DNA from: Candidatus Atabeyarchaeum deiterrae
GTDB lineage: Archaea; Asgardarchaeota; Atabeyarchaeia; Atabeyarchaeales; Atabeyarchaeaceae
NCBI GenBank assembly: GCA_037310415.1
Contig: CP147780.1
Location: 928,001-992,000, forward strand
Reading direction: 5' to 3'
DNA: 64,000 nucleotides
Shown: piece by piece, positions 29,652 to 41,300 of the stretch
Layout of the letters: every line of letters begins with the position of its first letter
How positions within the stretch are numbered: the first letter of the stretch is position 1
The notes under the pieces: generated by a model
What the model saw: only the letters and a program-made list of their open reading frames with translations
Database searches by the model: none
Told to the model about the DNA's origin: nothing
Made by a program: the position numbers and the translations under genes

Positions 29652-30146
29652 ATGACCGCTGAAGGTAAACAGAGGCCATTTCCAAAAGACGAGGATCAGC
29701 ATCCGAACAAGATTTTGATCCCGTTGGGTCCAGCGCTAGACAAGGCCAAGATTGTTGCTGCTTTACAAGCGCTTTCTTCGTTCAGGAACCCACTCATTGT
29801 CTTGTTTAACGTGATTGAGCTTCCGAGTAGGACTGCACCATTGGATCCGGCTTATTACGAGAGCGAATTCAAGGAAGCTGAGAAGAGGTACTTGCTGAAT
29901 GTGGCACGGTGGCTTGATGAGCAAGGTTACCATGTTAAGATGAAGGTTGCTGTTGCAAGAAATGTGGTTGACGGGGTAATTGAGGAAGCAAACAGTGGTG
30001 GATACGAAGCCGTGCTATTGCTTAAGAGACGAGTGAAGAAAGGTCTACTTAGACGCCATAGGAGTGTAAGCGAAGAGGTTTCAAGGTACGTGGAATGCTT
30101 GGTTATCACTCAACTTGTCGGGACTGAGAGTGAAAGAGCAGAATAA
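29652..30146 (+). CDS. universal stress protein
   Basis: KILIP..., VARNVVDGVIEEA, SVSEEV....C.V. Confidence 0.75.
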   Translation: MTAEGKQRPFPKDEDQHPNKILIPLGPALDKAKIVAALQALSSFRNPLIVLFNVIELPSRTAPLDPAYYESEFKEAEKRYLLNVARWLDEQGYHVKMKVAVARNVVDGVIEEANSGGYEAVLLLKRRVKKGLLRRHRSVSEEVSRYVECLVITQLVGTESERAE

Positions 30147-30170
30147 GCCAGCGTGGAGGGTTCCTCTCTA

Positions 30171-31133
30171 TTACTGGTACTTGTTCTTCAGCCATTGAGC
30201 GTATCTCCTAATTCCCTCTCTGGTTTCAACCTTAGGTTTCCATCCAAGTTTTCTGATTTTGGTTGTATCTAATAACATCTCTGTCACGTCGCCTACCCAC
30301 CCCTGCCTTCCACCAGTGTATGTGAACTCAACGTCGCGGAGCCCGAGCTCATCGACAACTATCTTGGCTATTTCATTAACTTCCACCATCTCGTTGGATC
30401 CAACATTGTAGACTTCAAATCCTTTGTCTCCACTCTTCTCGGTGGCAAGTATCGACGACTCGATGCAATCAGTTATGTAAAGGTAGGATTTCATTTGCTT
30501 TCCGTCACCGAGTATCTCAAGCTTCTTGGGGTTCTTCCTGAGCTTCATGAAGAAGTCATAGACAACCCCATGGTTTGATCTAGGCCCAAACATGTTTGCG
30601 TAACGCAGAGAAATACAGCTCATATTGTGGCAAGATGCATAAGACATCAGGTAGTTCTCACAAGCACTCTTTGAAGCTCCATAGTTGCTTATAGGAGCCA
30701 AAGGGTGAGTCTCAGGCGTGGGCACAACCTTTGTTTGACCATAGACCGTGCTTGTCGAAGTGAAAACTATTGCCCTGACTTCTTCACTTCTCATTCCTTC
30801 AAGAACATTCAATGTTCCCCTGACATTTATGTCAAAATCTTCGAGTGGTCGCGTTAAACTCAGTCTAACGTCTGGCTGTGCAACAAGATGGATCACCAGA
30901 TCCCTGCTGGAACACTGTTTCCTTACAGTGTCGAGATCCCTCACATCTCCCCTAACGAACCTGAACCCCTTTTGATTGACATGAGGCTCAATGTACTCTG
31001 TGGTTGATGCTGATAGGTTGTCTAGGACTGTGACCTCGTTTCTACTATCAAGCAAGGCATCAACTAGATGACTTCCGATGAAACCGCATCCACCTGTGAT
31101 GAGAATACTCATTTCTTCTAGTTTCCGTGCCAT
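30171..31133 (-). CDS. NAD-dependent epimerase/dehydratase (UDP-glucose 4-epimerase-like)
   Basis: GGCGFIG, STSTVYG, YGASK. Confidence 0.92.
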   Translation of the reverse strand: MARKLEEMSILITGGCGFIGSHLVDALLDSRNEVTVLDNLSASTTEYIEPHVNQKGFRFVRGDVRDLDTVRKQCSSRDLVIHLVAQPDVRLSLTRPLEDFDINVRGTLNVLEGMRSEEVRAIVFTSTSTVYGQTKVVPTPETHPLAPISNYGASKSACENYLMSYASCHNMSCISLRYANMFGPRSNHGVVYDFFMKLRKNPKKLEILGDGKQMKSYLYITDCIESSILATEKSGDKGFEVYNVGSNEMVEVNEIAKIVVDELGLRDVEFTYTGGRQGWVGDVTEMLLDTTKIRKLGWKPKVETREGIRRYAQWLKNKYQ

Positions 31134-31307
31134 TTGTCACACCAGCAGCAAACGTTAATGTACTACTTAGGGGCAAGAAGACGTTTTCTGTCTTCTGGCC
31201 TTCAATTGCATGGTCACTTCCTCATGGAGGTTATTGTCTTTCGAAGCAATGGAGACGTTCAAATGAGAGCATTTTCCTCAAATGTCATGTATTTCTTCCA
31301 AAACGGG

Positions 31308-32249
31308 TCATGGACTCCGGATTGGCGTTCTTGATGAGGTGAAGCCCCAGAATTCTTCGTTGATGTCGCTGACTTCTTGTTTCTTGGAGGTATCTACTTT
31401 CTTTCTAGCCAAGAACAGTTTCCTCGGTGTTTCCACATCGGTCAACTTGACGACTTTTACGAGTCTATTCTTTGCCGCCCTCCTCGCTGCTATGGAGGAT
31501 ACTATGCTGACACCCAGTCCTTGGGAGACCGCGTTGATTACCGCTTCAGTGCTCCCGAGTTCGGAAACCACTTTGAACTCGCTCCAATCATGTCCTTCCT
31601 TGGTCAACATGCCTTCAATCTCCTTGCGAGTTCCCGAACCTGTCTCCCGGGAAATGAAGGGATGCTTAGTAACCTCGTTTAGACTGACTTTGCCCTTCGC
31701 TGCAAGAGAGCTATTAGGTGGAACAATGAGAACCAGTTGCTCACTTGCAAGTTCAATCAAGTCGAAGAACTCCGAGTCCTTCCCAACGGTTCCAACTGCT
31801 GCAAAGTTAGCTTGGCCGTCTCGTAGCATTCTCCATGCTTCTTCACTATCACATACCTTCACCTTGAAGCTAGCATCTGGACGGCTTGATGTAAACTCCC
31901 TTATTAACAGTGGAAGCAGGTGTTCACCTGGGACAGTGCTTGCAGCAACCTGAATTATGTTTCCAGCTGAGCCAGCAACTCTGGCTAATTCCTCCCGAAG
32001 CTTCCTCTCTGCAGTCAGGATTTCATAGGCCCTCTTCAGAACAACTTCGCCAACAGGCGTAAGTCTAACTTCCTCTCCTCCTCGTTCCAACAACTTCACA
32101 CCATAGGTCCTTTCCAGCGAAGCTACATGCTGGCTTATAGAACCCTGTGACAAACCCACTTTTCTCGCTGCTTTAGAGAAGCTCTTCTCCTCACACACAG
32201 CAACGAACGAATTGTAAAACTCAAGCCTTAGAGAAGAACTTTCCTTCAC
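31308..32249 (-). CDS. LysR-family transcriptional regulator (CysL/selenium-associated subgroup-like)
   Basis: SFSKAA..LSQ..IS HTH, ASTVPGEHLLP, RETGSGTR, GSTEAV. Confidence 0.88.
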   Translation of the reverse strand: MKESSSLRLEFYNSFVAVCEEKSFSKAARKVGLSQGSISQHVASLERTYGVKLLERGGEEVRLTPVGEVVLKRAYEILTAERKLREELARVAGSAGNIIQVAASTVPGEHLLPLLIREFTSSRPDASFKVKVCDSEEAWRMLRDGQANFAAVGTVGKDSEFFDLIELASEQLVLIVPPNSSLAAKGKVSLNEVTKHPFISRETGSGTRKEIEGMLTKEGHDWSEFKVVSELGSTEAVINAVSQGLGVSIVSSIAARRAAKNRLVKVVKLTDVETPRKLFLARKKVDTSKKQEVSDINEEFWGFTSSRTPIRSP

Positions 32250-32286
32250 AGCAACACAACCTTACTTTGAAACAGATTACGACAAA

Positions 32287-32592
32287 CTAACTCGATTTCC
32301 TGCTCTCATCTGCAGGCGAACAGGAGTATTCTTCTGGAGCAGTCTTCCCTTCTTCCGAATCATTGTTTTTTCTAATGACTATCTTGAAGACACCTTGAAC
32401 ATCCTCAACTTTGAGAATATCATTTCCACTTCTCTCCACAAACTTCTGGATGTTCTTAGTCGTTTGTGGGTAGTTGCTTATTACTTCCAGTACGTCTCCT
32501 GCATTCATTGACTGAAGTTTCCTCTTTGTCAACAGTACTGGAATCGGGCAAGCTTTGTCTCTCACGTCAAGTATTTCGCTTCTCACTAGCAT
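32287..32592 (-). CDS. TusA/SirA-family sulfur carrier
   Basis: LDVRDKACPIP motif. Confidence 0.85.
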   Translation of the reverse strand: MLVRSEILDVRDKACPIPVLLTKRKLQSMNAGDVLEVISNYPQTTKNIQKFVERSGNDILKVEDVQGVFKIVIRKNNDSEEGKTAPEEYSCSPADESRKSS

Positions 32593-32744
32593 ACCCTCAG
32601 AGACACCGTCTATTGGTTTCCTTAATCAGTCTAATGTGAAATCTAAACAACAAGTCTACGACTGCCGCGATAATAAATACTTTTGTTTCAGCGTCCATGC
32701 AAGCGCAGTGTTAGCCTGCATCAAAATGAGCTTCTTAATATAAG

Positions 32745-33272
32745 TTATTCACCATCTTTCATGACATCCAAGTTACTGAGAAGACGGTTCAGACTATCAT
32801 CAAGGTTTTCATGGATTACCCGCGTTGCTGCTAGCACTTCCATGAAACCTGCCTCTCCCTCGTATCTTGGAACTATATGCACGTGCACATGCGCCACACT
32901 AGCACCTGCAGCACGCCCTTGGTTAATCCCTATGTTCAATCCGCTGGGATTGTACGTTTTTTCAACTAGGACAGCGCTTTTCTGGACTAGTCTAAAAAGA
33001 GCCCCTAGAGCCTCATCGTCAAGATCCGTAAACTTCTCAACATGTTTCTTTGGAAAAACCATTAGATGACCTGCATTATATGGGAATCTATTCAATACAA
33101 CCATGCCCGTCTCATTCTGAAAGATGACCCTGGTCTCAATTGCCTTGTCTCCTCTTGCCATTGCACACAACAAACAGTCAACTTTTGGTCTGTCAAGTCC
33201 CCTTGAGTACCTCGCTTTTTCTCGCACACAGATATATGACTTGAACCAGTTCTCACTCATGAGCCTCACCAT
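32745..33272 (-). CDS. HIT-family nucleotide hydrolase (Ap4A phosphorylase-like)
   Basis: CLLC, NRFPYNAGH, AGASVAHVHVHIVPR. Confidence 0.9.
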   Translation of the reverse strand: MVRLMSENWFKSYICVREKARYSRGLDRPKVDCLLCAMARGDKAIETRVIFQNETGMVVLNRFPYNAGHLMVFPKKHVEKFTDLDDEALGALFRLVQKSAVLVEKTYNPSGLNIGINQGRAAGASVAHVHVHIVPRYEGEAGFMEVLAATRVIHENLDDSLNRLLSNLDVMKDGE

Positions 33273-33510
33273 AGACGCGCAAGCAATGCATAATCCTGCA
33301 CATAATAAGGTTGCTTGCTAGTTTCTAATAAGTTGAACCGTTTCCTGCAACAACCGTTGGCGTAGCGTCTTTATGGGCCGCCATTACCACAAGCAAAACA
33401 GGAAACTGAGTGAGTTGGACAGGGGAAAAAAGAAAGGGAAGGAGTTTTCCCTCAAAAAGTAGGAGGGTTTTGTGATTCATTTGCGCTACTCGTTAACGCA
33501 GAGTTACCCC

Positions 33511-35196
33511 TTAATCGTACTCTCCGCCCATACCACCCATTCCGCCCATGCCTCCCATTCCTGGAGGCATTCCGCCTTCTGGACCGCCAGGTGGTCCGCC
33601 TTTGCCTTCACTCATTGCTTTGGATGCTATTACGTCGTCTATTCTCAGGATCATTTCGGCTACTTCTGAAGCTGACTTGATCGCTTGTTCTGTGACTCTG
33701 AGTGGCTCCAAGACATTCTCTTTCAGCATGTCGCTTGTCTTGCCTGTGAAGACGTTGACGCCGAACCACTTACCTGCAGGTTTCTCGTGTTTTGCTCTCA
33801 GGTCGACCAGTATGTCGAGTTGGTCGAAACCTCCGTTCTCGGCCAAGGTTTTCGGTATAATTTCCATGGCGTCTGCAAATGCTTCAATTGCCAGTTGTTC
33901 TTTTCCTCCGGCTTCAGCAAAACCTCTTAGGTGTTTAGCTATCTCCATGTGAGGCGCCCCGCCGCCTGCAAGCATCTTTCCGTCCTCAAGCGCATCTCTT
34001 ACGACGCATAAAGCATCATGCATCGATCTTTCGGCCTCGTCTACAACGTGCTCAGTACCACCTCTGATCAGGATTGTCACTGCTTTTGGTTCCTTACATT
34101 CTCTAACGTATGTGAGTTTGTCGTCGCCGATTCTAACTTCTTCGACAAGACCAGCTTCCCCAAGGTGGTCCTCAGATAGATCATCAAGGTTGGTAATGAT
34201 CCTTCCTCCAGTTGCCTTGGCGAGCTTCTCCATGTCTGACTTCTTAGCTCTGCGAATTGCCACAATTTCTGCCTTGGCTAGGTAGTGTTGCGCCAAATCG
34301 TCTATTCCTTTTTGGCAGACAATAACGTTGGCACCAGCTTTGACGACTTTGTCCACCATGTCCTTCAGCATCTTCTCTTCTTCATCTAGGAATGCCTTCA
34401 TCTGAGATGGATCAGTAATCCTGATTTCGGCATCCATCTCTGTCTTCTCGATCTCTAGTGGCGTATCTAGTAGTGCTATCTTAGCATTCTTGACTCTCTT
34501 TGGCATTCTCGGGTGGACGATTTCTTTGTCAATTATCATCCCGTTGATGAGTTCAGTTTCGAACAGGCTTTTGCCCATCTTCTTGATAACATTGATCATT
34601 TCGATGTCGGCTCTGTTCTTATCTCCACGCTTCTCTGCAATTGCCGTCACTGCTTCCACAGCTATTTTGCCAAAGTGCTCCCTTGCACCCTTCACGGTCT
34701 TCGAGTTTAGCGACGTCATCGCTATATTGGTCAGTGTTTCCTTGTCATCAGCGTCCACTTGCATAGCGATGCTTTCAATGTATTTTGTACCTTCGTCAGC
34801 TGCCTTCTTGTAGCCCGAGACTATTGTTATAGGGTGAATGTCTTGGTCTAGCAGTTCTTCGGCTTTTCTCAGTAATTCACCTGCGAGAACCACTGCAGTC
34901 GTGGTTCCATCCCCGACCTCGTCGTCCTGTGCCTTGGCAACTTCGACGATCATCTTCGCAGCCGGATGCTGTACATCTATTTCCTTCAGAATTGTCGCTC
35001 CATCATTTGTTATTGTCACATCCCCGAGACTATCGACAAGCATCTTATCCATGCCTCGTGGGCCTAACGAACTTCTGATTGCCTCTGAGATTACTTTCGC
35101 AGCTAAGATGTTTGCGCTCTGAGCGTCCTTACCGCGATTTCTACTTGTTCCCTCTCTGAGTATCAACACAGGGGTTCCACCAAGTTGAGCAGACAT
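33511..35196 (-). CDS. ths: thermosome (group II chaperonin) subunit with GGM tail
   Basis: [29 protein letters not shown] tail. Confidence 0.97.
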   Translation of the reverse strand: MSAQLGGTPVLILREGTSRNRGKDAQSANILAAKVISEAIRSSLGPRGMDKMLVDSLGDVTITNDGATILKEIDVQHPAAKMIVEVAKAQDDEVGDGTTTAVVLAGELLRKAEELLDQDIHPITIVSGYKKAADEGTKYIESIAMQVDADDKETLTNIAMTSLNSKTVKGAREHFGKIAVEAVTAIAEKRGDKNRADIEMINVIKKMGKSLFETELINGMIIDKEIVHPRMPKRVKNAKIALLDTPLEIEKTEMDAEIRITDPSQMKAFLDEEEKMLKDMVDKVVKAGANVIVCQKGIDDLAQHYLAKAEIVAIRRAKKSDMEKLAKATGGRIITNLDDLSEDHLGEAGLVEEVRIGDDKLTYVRECKEPKAVTILIRGGTEHVVDEAERSMHDALCVVRDALEDGKMLAGGGAPHMEIAKHLRGFAEAGGKEQLAIEAFADAMEIIPKTLAENGGFDQLDILVDLRAKHEKPAGKWFGVNVFTGKTSDMLKENVLEPLRVTEQAIKSASEVAEMILRIDDVIASKAMSEGKGGPPGGPEGGMPPGMGGMGGMGGMGGEYD

Positions 35197-35246
35197 TACT
35201 ATATCACACTCCAAATTTTACTTTTTAACCTCGATCGAATTGTTGC

Positions 35247-36899
35247 TTAATCTTCTTCTCCGCCTGCTTTGCCACCGGGAGGCTTACCAGCACCGCCTGG
35301 GCCTCTAGCCTTCCCTGAAGCTATTACGTCATCGATTTTGAGGAGCATTTCTGCAGCTTCGGTTGCCGACTTTATTGATTGTATCTTGACTCTTAGTGGC
35401 TCCAATACGTTAAGGTCGGACATATTAGCGATTTTGTTTTGGTCGTCCAAGACGTTAACTCCCGCCCAGTGTTCTCCCTTGTCATGGCGTTTTCTCAGTT
35501 CGCCGAGAACTTCCAATACGTCGAATCCGGCGTTTTCGGCTAGTGTCTTTGGAATTATTTCTACGGCGTTTGCAAATGATCTGACAGCTAGCTGTTCTCT
35601 GCCGGTTAGTGTATCTGCATATACCTTTAGTTGCCTCGAGAGTTCCAGCTCAGGTGCTCCACCACCCGGAACCATTTTTCCGTCTTCGATGGCGTTTCTT
35701 ACGACACAGACGGCGTCGTGGAAAGCTCTCTCGGTCTCGGCAACAATCCTCTCTGTTCCGCCTCTGAGTAGTATGTTTACAGCTTTCGGAGATTTGCACC
35801 CCTCAATGAAAGTCATCTTGTCGTCTCCGATCTTCCGTTCCTCGACACTCTCAGCGTAACCCAAGTCTTCACTTGCCAAATCATCTATCGTGTTAGCTGT
35901 CTTGGCTCCTGTTGCTTTTGCGAGCTTTTCCATGTCGGACTCCTTAATCCTACGGATCGCCATTATACCTTCTTTTGCCAAGTAGTGTTGCGCTACATCA
36001 TCTATCCCTTTCTGGCAAAGAACTACGTTTGCTCCGACTTCTTTGATCTTAACAACCATTCCCTTCAGTATATTTGTCTCCTCGTCCAAGAATGAGCGCA
36101 TCTTGGTTGGGTCGGTTATGTTGATCTTCGCGGTAACTTCAGTCTTCTCAACTTCAAGCGGGCAGGAAAGTAATGCTATCTTGGCATCATTGATGAGTTT
36201 AGGCATTCCTGAATGAACGACTTCCTTGTCCAGTACAATTCCGTTGATCAGTTGAGTGTCATTTGTAGCTCCGCCTTGCTTCTTGTCAACCTTCACAAAG
36301 TTGATGTCGGCCCTCAGTGTGCCATCGACTTTCTCCGTTATCTGTTTCACAGCCTTGACGGCAAGATCCGCCAGGAAATCAGCAGACCCTGCGACTAGCT
36401 TGCTTCTCATTGAGGTTTTCGCTATTTTCATGAGAGTTTCGTCGTCGTCAAATTCCACCGGCATACCGATCCCGTCGAGGATCTCAAGTGACTTGGCCAA
36501 ACCTTTTCTATATCCGTCCAGTACGACTGTTGGGTGTAGCCCCATGTTTATTAGTTCCTCTGCTTCCTTGAGTAGGGCAGCTGAGATTATAACTGCTGAT
36601 GTTGTTCCGTCTCCAGTCTCGTTGTCTACAGACTTCGCGACTTGAACCATCATCTTCGCTGCTGGGTGCTGAACATCCATTTCTTTAAGTATTGTTGCTC
36701 CGTCGTTTGTTATGGTTACGTCGCCCATTGTGTCTACAAGCATCTTATCCATGCCTTTTGGGCCAAGAGACGTCTTGATAGTCTCTCCGATTACACGAGC
36801 AGCCATTATGTTTGCTCGTTGCGCATCTTTACCCGTACTTCTATTCGAGCCTTCTCTGAGTATCAGAACGGGTGTTCCCTCACTTGTTCTCATTCCCAT
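35247..36899 (-). CDS. ths: thermosome (group II chaperonin) subunit, second paralog
   Basis: [23 protein letters not shown]. Confidence 0.97.
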   Translation of the reverse strand: MGMRTSEGTPVLILREGSNRSTGKDAQRANIMAARVIGETIKTSLGPKGMDKMLVDTMGDVTITNDGATILKEMDVQHPAAKMMVQVAKSVDNETGDGTTSAVIISAALLKEAEELINMGLHPTVVLDGYRKGLAKSLEILDGIGMPVEFDDDETLMKIAKTSMRSKLVAGSADFLADLAVKAVKQITEKVDGTLRADINFVKVDKKQGGATNDTQLINGIVLDKEVVHSGMPKLINDAKIALLSCPLEVEKTEVTAKINITDPTKMRSFLDEETNILKGMVVKIKEVGANVVLCQKGIDDVAQHYLAKEGIMAIRRIKESDMEKLAKATGAKTANTIDDLASEDLGYAESVEERKIGDDKMTFIEGCKSPKAVNILLRGGTERIVAETERAFHDAVCVVRNAIEDGKMVPGGGAPELELSRQLKVYADTLTGREQLAVRSFANAVEIIPKTLAENAGFDVLEVLGELRKRHDKGEHWAGVNVLDDQNKIANMSDLNVLEPLRVKIQSIKSATEAAEMLLKIDDVIASGKARGPGGAGKPPGGKAGGEED

Positions 36900-37113
36900 A
36901 GTATCTGTCCACCTCTATACTTGTTGTTTGTTTAGACTTAATGGAATACTGAAAGGAAAACTGCACTGCACACACTACATTCTGTTTGTGCATCAAGATA
37001 CCGAATAGAACTTCTATATAAACATTTCGAATTAGGCTTTGTGCATTCATTTTTGGGACAATAAGAAGAGAAGTGGAATGCAGCGCGCAGAACCGAGAAA
37101 GGAATCTCGCGGT

Positions 37114-37674
37114 TCACTTGGCGGAACTTGTTGTCAGCTCGGAGGCTATCGCTTCAAGAATGCAGATAGCGGCTATGTCGAATACCGTCCGTTTGGATGA
37201 TGGGTAACTCCCTGTAAGCTGACTACTCAGATAAGTTTCTTCGTCTTCGGGTTCAATTGATTCAGATTTGATAGCAAGGAGGGCGTCAGCCAGCTTACCT
37301 ATCGGAGAATCCTCCGCTGAAGTAACTGCAACTATTCTTGCCTGAACCTTTTCCTTCGCTATCTTGACAGCCTCGAGTACCAATGGAGTCCTACCGGTAT
37401 CCGTTATTGCTATAAATATATCGTTCTTCTCAACTGCAGAAGTAATGGTTTCCCCAACGACAAAGACATTATAAGAGAGTCCTGCAAGTTGCATGGCTAG
37501 CGCTCTGGCAACCAGACCTGACGGTCCCTCGCCCATCAGGAAAACCTTTCTATTATTCTTCTTAGCATCACGTAGAAGTGATATTATCTTCTTGACTCGA
37601 GTTTCATCAAGGGAGCTGATAGCTTCCTTAACGTCATCAACTATGTGTTGCGCCACTGACAGAGATTTGCTCAA
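37114..37674 (-). CDS. SIS-domain 6-phospho-3-hexuloisomerase-like protein (degenerate motifs)
   Basis: VF.MG.G.SGLVARA.AM.L, VVGETIT, VAVTS...SP. Confidence 0.75.
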   Translation of the reverse strand: MSKSLSVAQHIVDDVKEAISSLDETRVKKIISLLRDAKKNNRKVFLMGEGPSGLVARALAMQLAGLSYNVFVVGETITSAVEKNDIFIAITDTGRTPLVLEAVKIAKEKVQARIVAVTSAEDSPIGKLADALLAIKSESIEPEDEETYLSSQLTGSYPSSKRTVFDIAAICILEAIASELTTSSAK

Positions 37675-37903
37675 TAGGGTCCCACCACACCGAATAAGAC
37701 GAGAAAAGTTAAGCGCCCAGATTTCCTTTAGACATTTATCAAGAATGTATATTTAAATAGTTTCTCAAGGTAGTCTCTTGTCCTACTTAGTGAAACTGAG
37801 CGCTTAAAGACTATGAGACACTGGTCTTTCCTTTCTTCTTGGAAAAGTTAATTAGAAAGTAATCTTTTAGTGCCATGAGAAGTCCACAGGAGCTGAGAAA
37901 AAA

Positions 37904-38197
37904 ATGGCGTCTTCAAAGGCTGAAAAAGAACCTGAATCGAAGATGGGCAAAGGAGACGGGAAAGAACTCGCGTCACTTGTACTTGCTGCCATCGACTCCG
38001 AGCCGCATAAACCCCATGCAATAGTCAGCATCTTGAAGGAGAGATACGATCAGAACGCCGTTTTGAAGGCGTTGCTGGCGCTTGAGAAAGACGGCAGAGT
38101 TCAGAGAGACGGTAAGAAGGCCTGGATCGCAAAAGGTAAAGAGAGACCGAAGAAGGAGAAGGAGAAGGAGAAGGAGAAGGAGAAGGAGAAGAAATAG
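37904..38197 (+). CDS. small basic winged-helix-like protein with KE-repeat tail
   Basis: ATG after AGGAG; VLKALLALEKDGRV..W wing-like pattern. Confidence 0.65.
   Translation: MASSKAEKEPESKMGKGDGKELASLVLAAIDSEPHKPHAIVSILKERYDQNAVLKALLALEKDGRVQRDGKKAWIAKGKERPKKEKEKEKEKEKEKK
38153..38188 (+). repeat. (AAGGAG)x6 coding microsatellite
   Basis: Six perfect hexamer copies encoding (KE)6. Confidence 0.95.
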
Positions 38198-38314
38198 ACA
38201 GGTTCCGGCGGATATATTTTCGGTCTCGCTTCTTTTGGCTGCAGTGGTCAGAACACGGATGGTTACGCCGCCAAGTTTGCCACGTTACGTTCAGTATCAA
38301 GCTGATGAGAGTAC

Positions 38315-41300
38315 CTACCATAGCTTGTAAGGCACGTTTTCCATGTATTCGTTCAACGGTATCAAATGAGACTTCACCCTGCGCTTGTTATTGCCATTCC
38401 TCAGAGATTCAGCACTCACTGCCTGAGCGAGTACTCTTGCGAGCTGCAAGTTGGTGAATACTGGAATGTTGAATTCAACTGCTTTTCTCCGCATTATGTA
38501 TTCGTCATCCATCATCGATGCATACTTGTCCATCGTGCTTGCAGATGGGACATTGATTATGATATCCAACTTGCGGTTGGTGATGTAATCTAATAGATTT
38601 GGCTTTCTGAAGGGCTCGCCGATCTTGTACAGAACTTCTACTTCCAACCCGAGGGCTCTCAAAGCCTCAGCAGTGTGCTCTGTTGCGTACACTTCATAAC
38701 CCGCTTCTTCGAAAGCCCTGACAATTGGAATCACTTCCTCCTTCAGTCTCTTCCCGCCGACACTAACGAAGAGCTTGCCGCCATTTGTCGGTATATAGGT
38801 TTCAGCGGAGTGGAGGCTCATCAGAAGCGTATTATGCAGGTCATCTCCAATACAAGCAACCTCTCCAGTACTCATCATCTCGACGCTCAGTATTGTGTCG
38901 GCTCCATCTAATCGCATGAATGAGAACTGAGGAACTTTGACTGCAAAGTGACTTGGGAGAGTCAGCTTCTTCGGGAGGTTGTAACTACTGAGTTTCCTTC
39001 CCAACATGAATGCCGTCGCCAAGAATATCAAGTTAATACCAGTTGTCTTGGAAACAAAGGGGAGGCTTCGAGATGCGCGCAGATTGCACTCGATGACAGA
39101 CACCTGTCCATCTTTGACCAGGTACTGAACATTGAAAGGCCCACAGATCCTTAGAGCCTTGGCTATCTTGGTGGTGTATTCTTCTAAAGTACATATTATG
39201 TTATCCTCAAGCGAGGTGGCAGGGATCGTCATCGTTGCGTCGCCGCTGTGAACACCAGCTGACTCAATATGCTCGATTATCGCGCCTATCAAAACGTCTT
39301 CCCTATCGCATACTGCATCCACTTCACACTCTTTCGCATTCTCAATGAATTTGCTGATTACAACAGGATGGTCTTCAGAAACTTGAGTAGCGAGTCTGAG
39401 GAAACTATTGAGTTGTTCCTCGTCTATGGCTACTCGCATAGCTGCACCAGACAACACATATGATGGCCTTACTAAGACTGGAAATCCCATTTCACGAGCG
39501 AACTTCTTGGCGTCTTCTATTTTGACGAGTTTCATCCATTTTGGCTGAGGGATGTCAAGTGAAATCAAAAGAGAGCTGAATTTCGATCTGTCCTCAGATC
39601 TGTCGATGTCTTCGGCTGCCGTTCCAAGTATCGGAATCTCGGATTTAGACAAGGGCAGCGCTAGATTGTTGGGGGTCTGACCTCCCACGCTAACAATGAC
39701 TCCATAAGGTTTCTCCTTTTCACAGATATCAGAAACCCTCTCGAAGCTAAGTTCTTCGAAATACAGTTTGTCAGCGATGTCATAATCAGTTGAAACAGTC
39801 TCGGGATTACAGTTGATAACAACAACTTGGCCCACGCCCAGTTTCTTCAATGACCAAACCGCATTTACGCACGAGTTGTCAAATTCCACGGATGCGCCAA
39901 TCCTATAAGTCCCAGAACCCAGCACCAAGACCTTCTTGTCAGCAAAGTCGAAAGAAATGTCGTCCTCCGTTCCTCCATAAGTTAAGTAAAGATAGTTTGT
40001 CTGCGCTTCCCACTCGGCTGCCAAAGTGTCGATCTGTCTAACAATAGGCGTTATCCCCAACGATTTTCTCAGCTGCCTGACAACGCCCTCTGAGGTGCCA
40101 AGACAACGTGCAATTTGAAGATCTGAGAAGCCCAGTTCCTTTGCTTCACGCAGATATCTGTGTTCCGTGCCACGAGTCTCACTGTCCAGGTGGTTCTTTA
40201 ACCTAAGCTCTCTCTCCTTCTCGATTATTCCGGAGATTTTGTGCAAAAAGAATTGATCTATGCCAGTTAACTTGTTTATCTTCTGAACGCTGAATCCCAG
40301 CTTGAGTGCCTTCACTATCTTGAATAGACGCTCATCAGTGGGATTTGCAAGCGCATCCTCCAGTTTCTCGGTGCTTTCATGCTCATCTTCTTCATAATTG
40401 CAGACGAGTCCGATTTTCCCGATCTCAAGCATTCTCACTGCTTTCTGTATTGCTTCTTCAAAACAGGTTCCAATACCCATTACTTCGCCGACTGATTTCA
40501 TTTGGGTGCCAATATGTCGATTAGCTTTTGGAAACTTCTGTAAGTCCCATCTGGGAATCTTAACCACGATATAATCCATTGCCGGCTCGAAACAAGCCGT
40601 GGTGATCTGAGTCACCTTGTTTGTCAGTTCGAGAAGAGTGTACCCTATTGCCAGCTTTGCTGCAATGAATGCTAATGGATACCCCGTTGCCTTTGAGGCT
40701 AATGCGGACGACCTTGACAGGCGCGAATTTACTTCTATCACTCGGTACTCGTCAGAAGTTGGACTCAACGCAAATTGAACGTTGCATTCCCCAACTATCT
40801 TGAGAACCCGCACGACTCGAAAGGCTACATCTCTGAGTAGCTGGTATTCATTGTCATTAAGAGTCTGAGAAGGTGCGACGACGATCGAGTCGCCTGTGTG
40901 TACCCCCATAGGGTCGAAGTTCTCCATGTTGCAGACTGCAATGCAATTATCAGCATAGTCGCGACAAATCTCGTACTCAATTTCCTTCCAGTGCCCCAGA
41001 TATTCCTCGACAAGGATTTTCTGAGCCATGCTCTGGGCAAGTCCTCGACTAGCTATCTCTCTGAGTTCCATTTCGCTATTAGCCACGCCAGATCCTTTGC
41101 CACCGAGCGTGTAAGCCACTCGAATCATGACTGGGTAGCCGATTCTCTCAGCTACTTTGACCGCCTCGTCTACCGAGGTCGCTATACTGCTTCTGGGAAC
41201 CGTAATATGCTCCTGGATCATAGTTTCGCGGAAACGTTCTCGGTCGTCAGCGACCTCAATCGATTCAATGGATATTCCAAGGACTTTTACATTATACTTC

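Noticed and set aside
38025-38330. Poly-Arg and SP-repeat ORFs
   Set aside because: Alternative frames of the AAGGAG repeat
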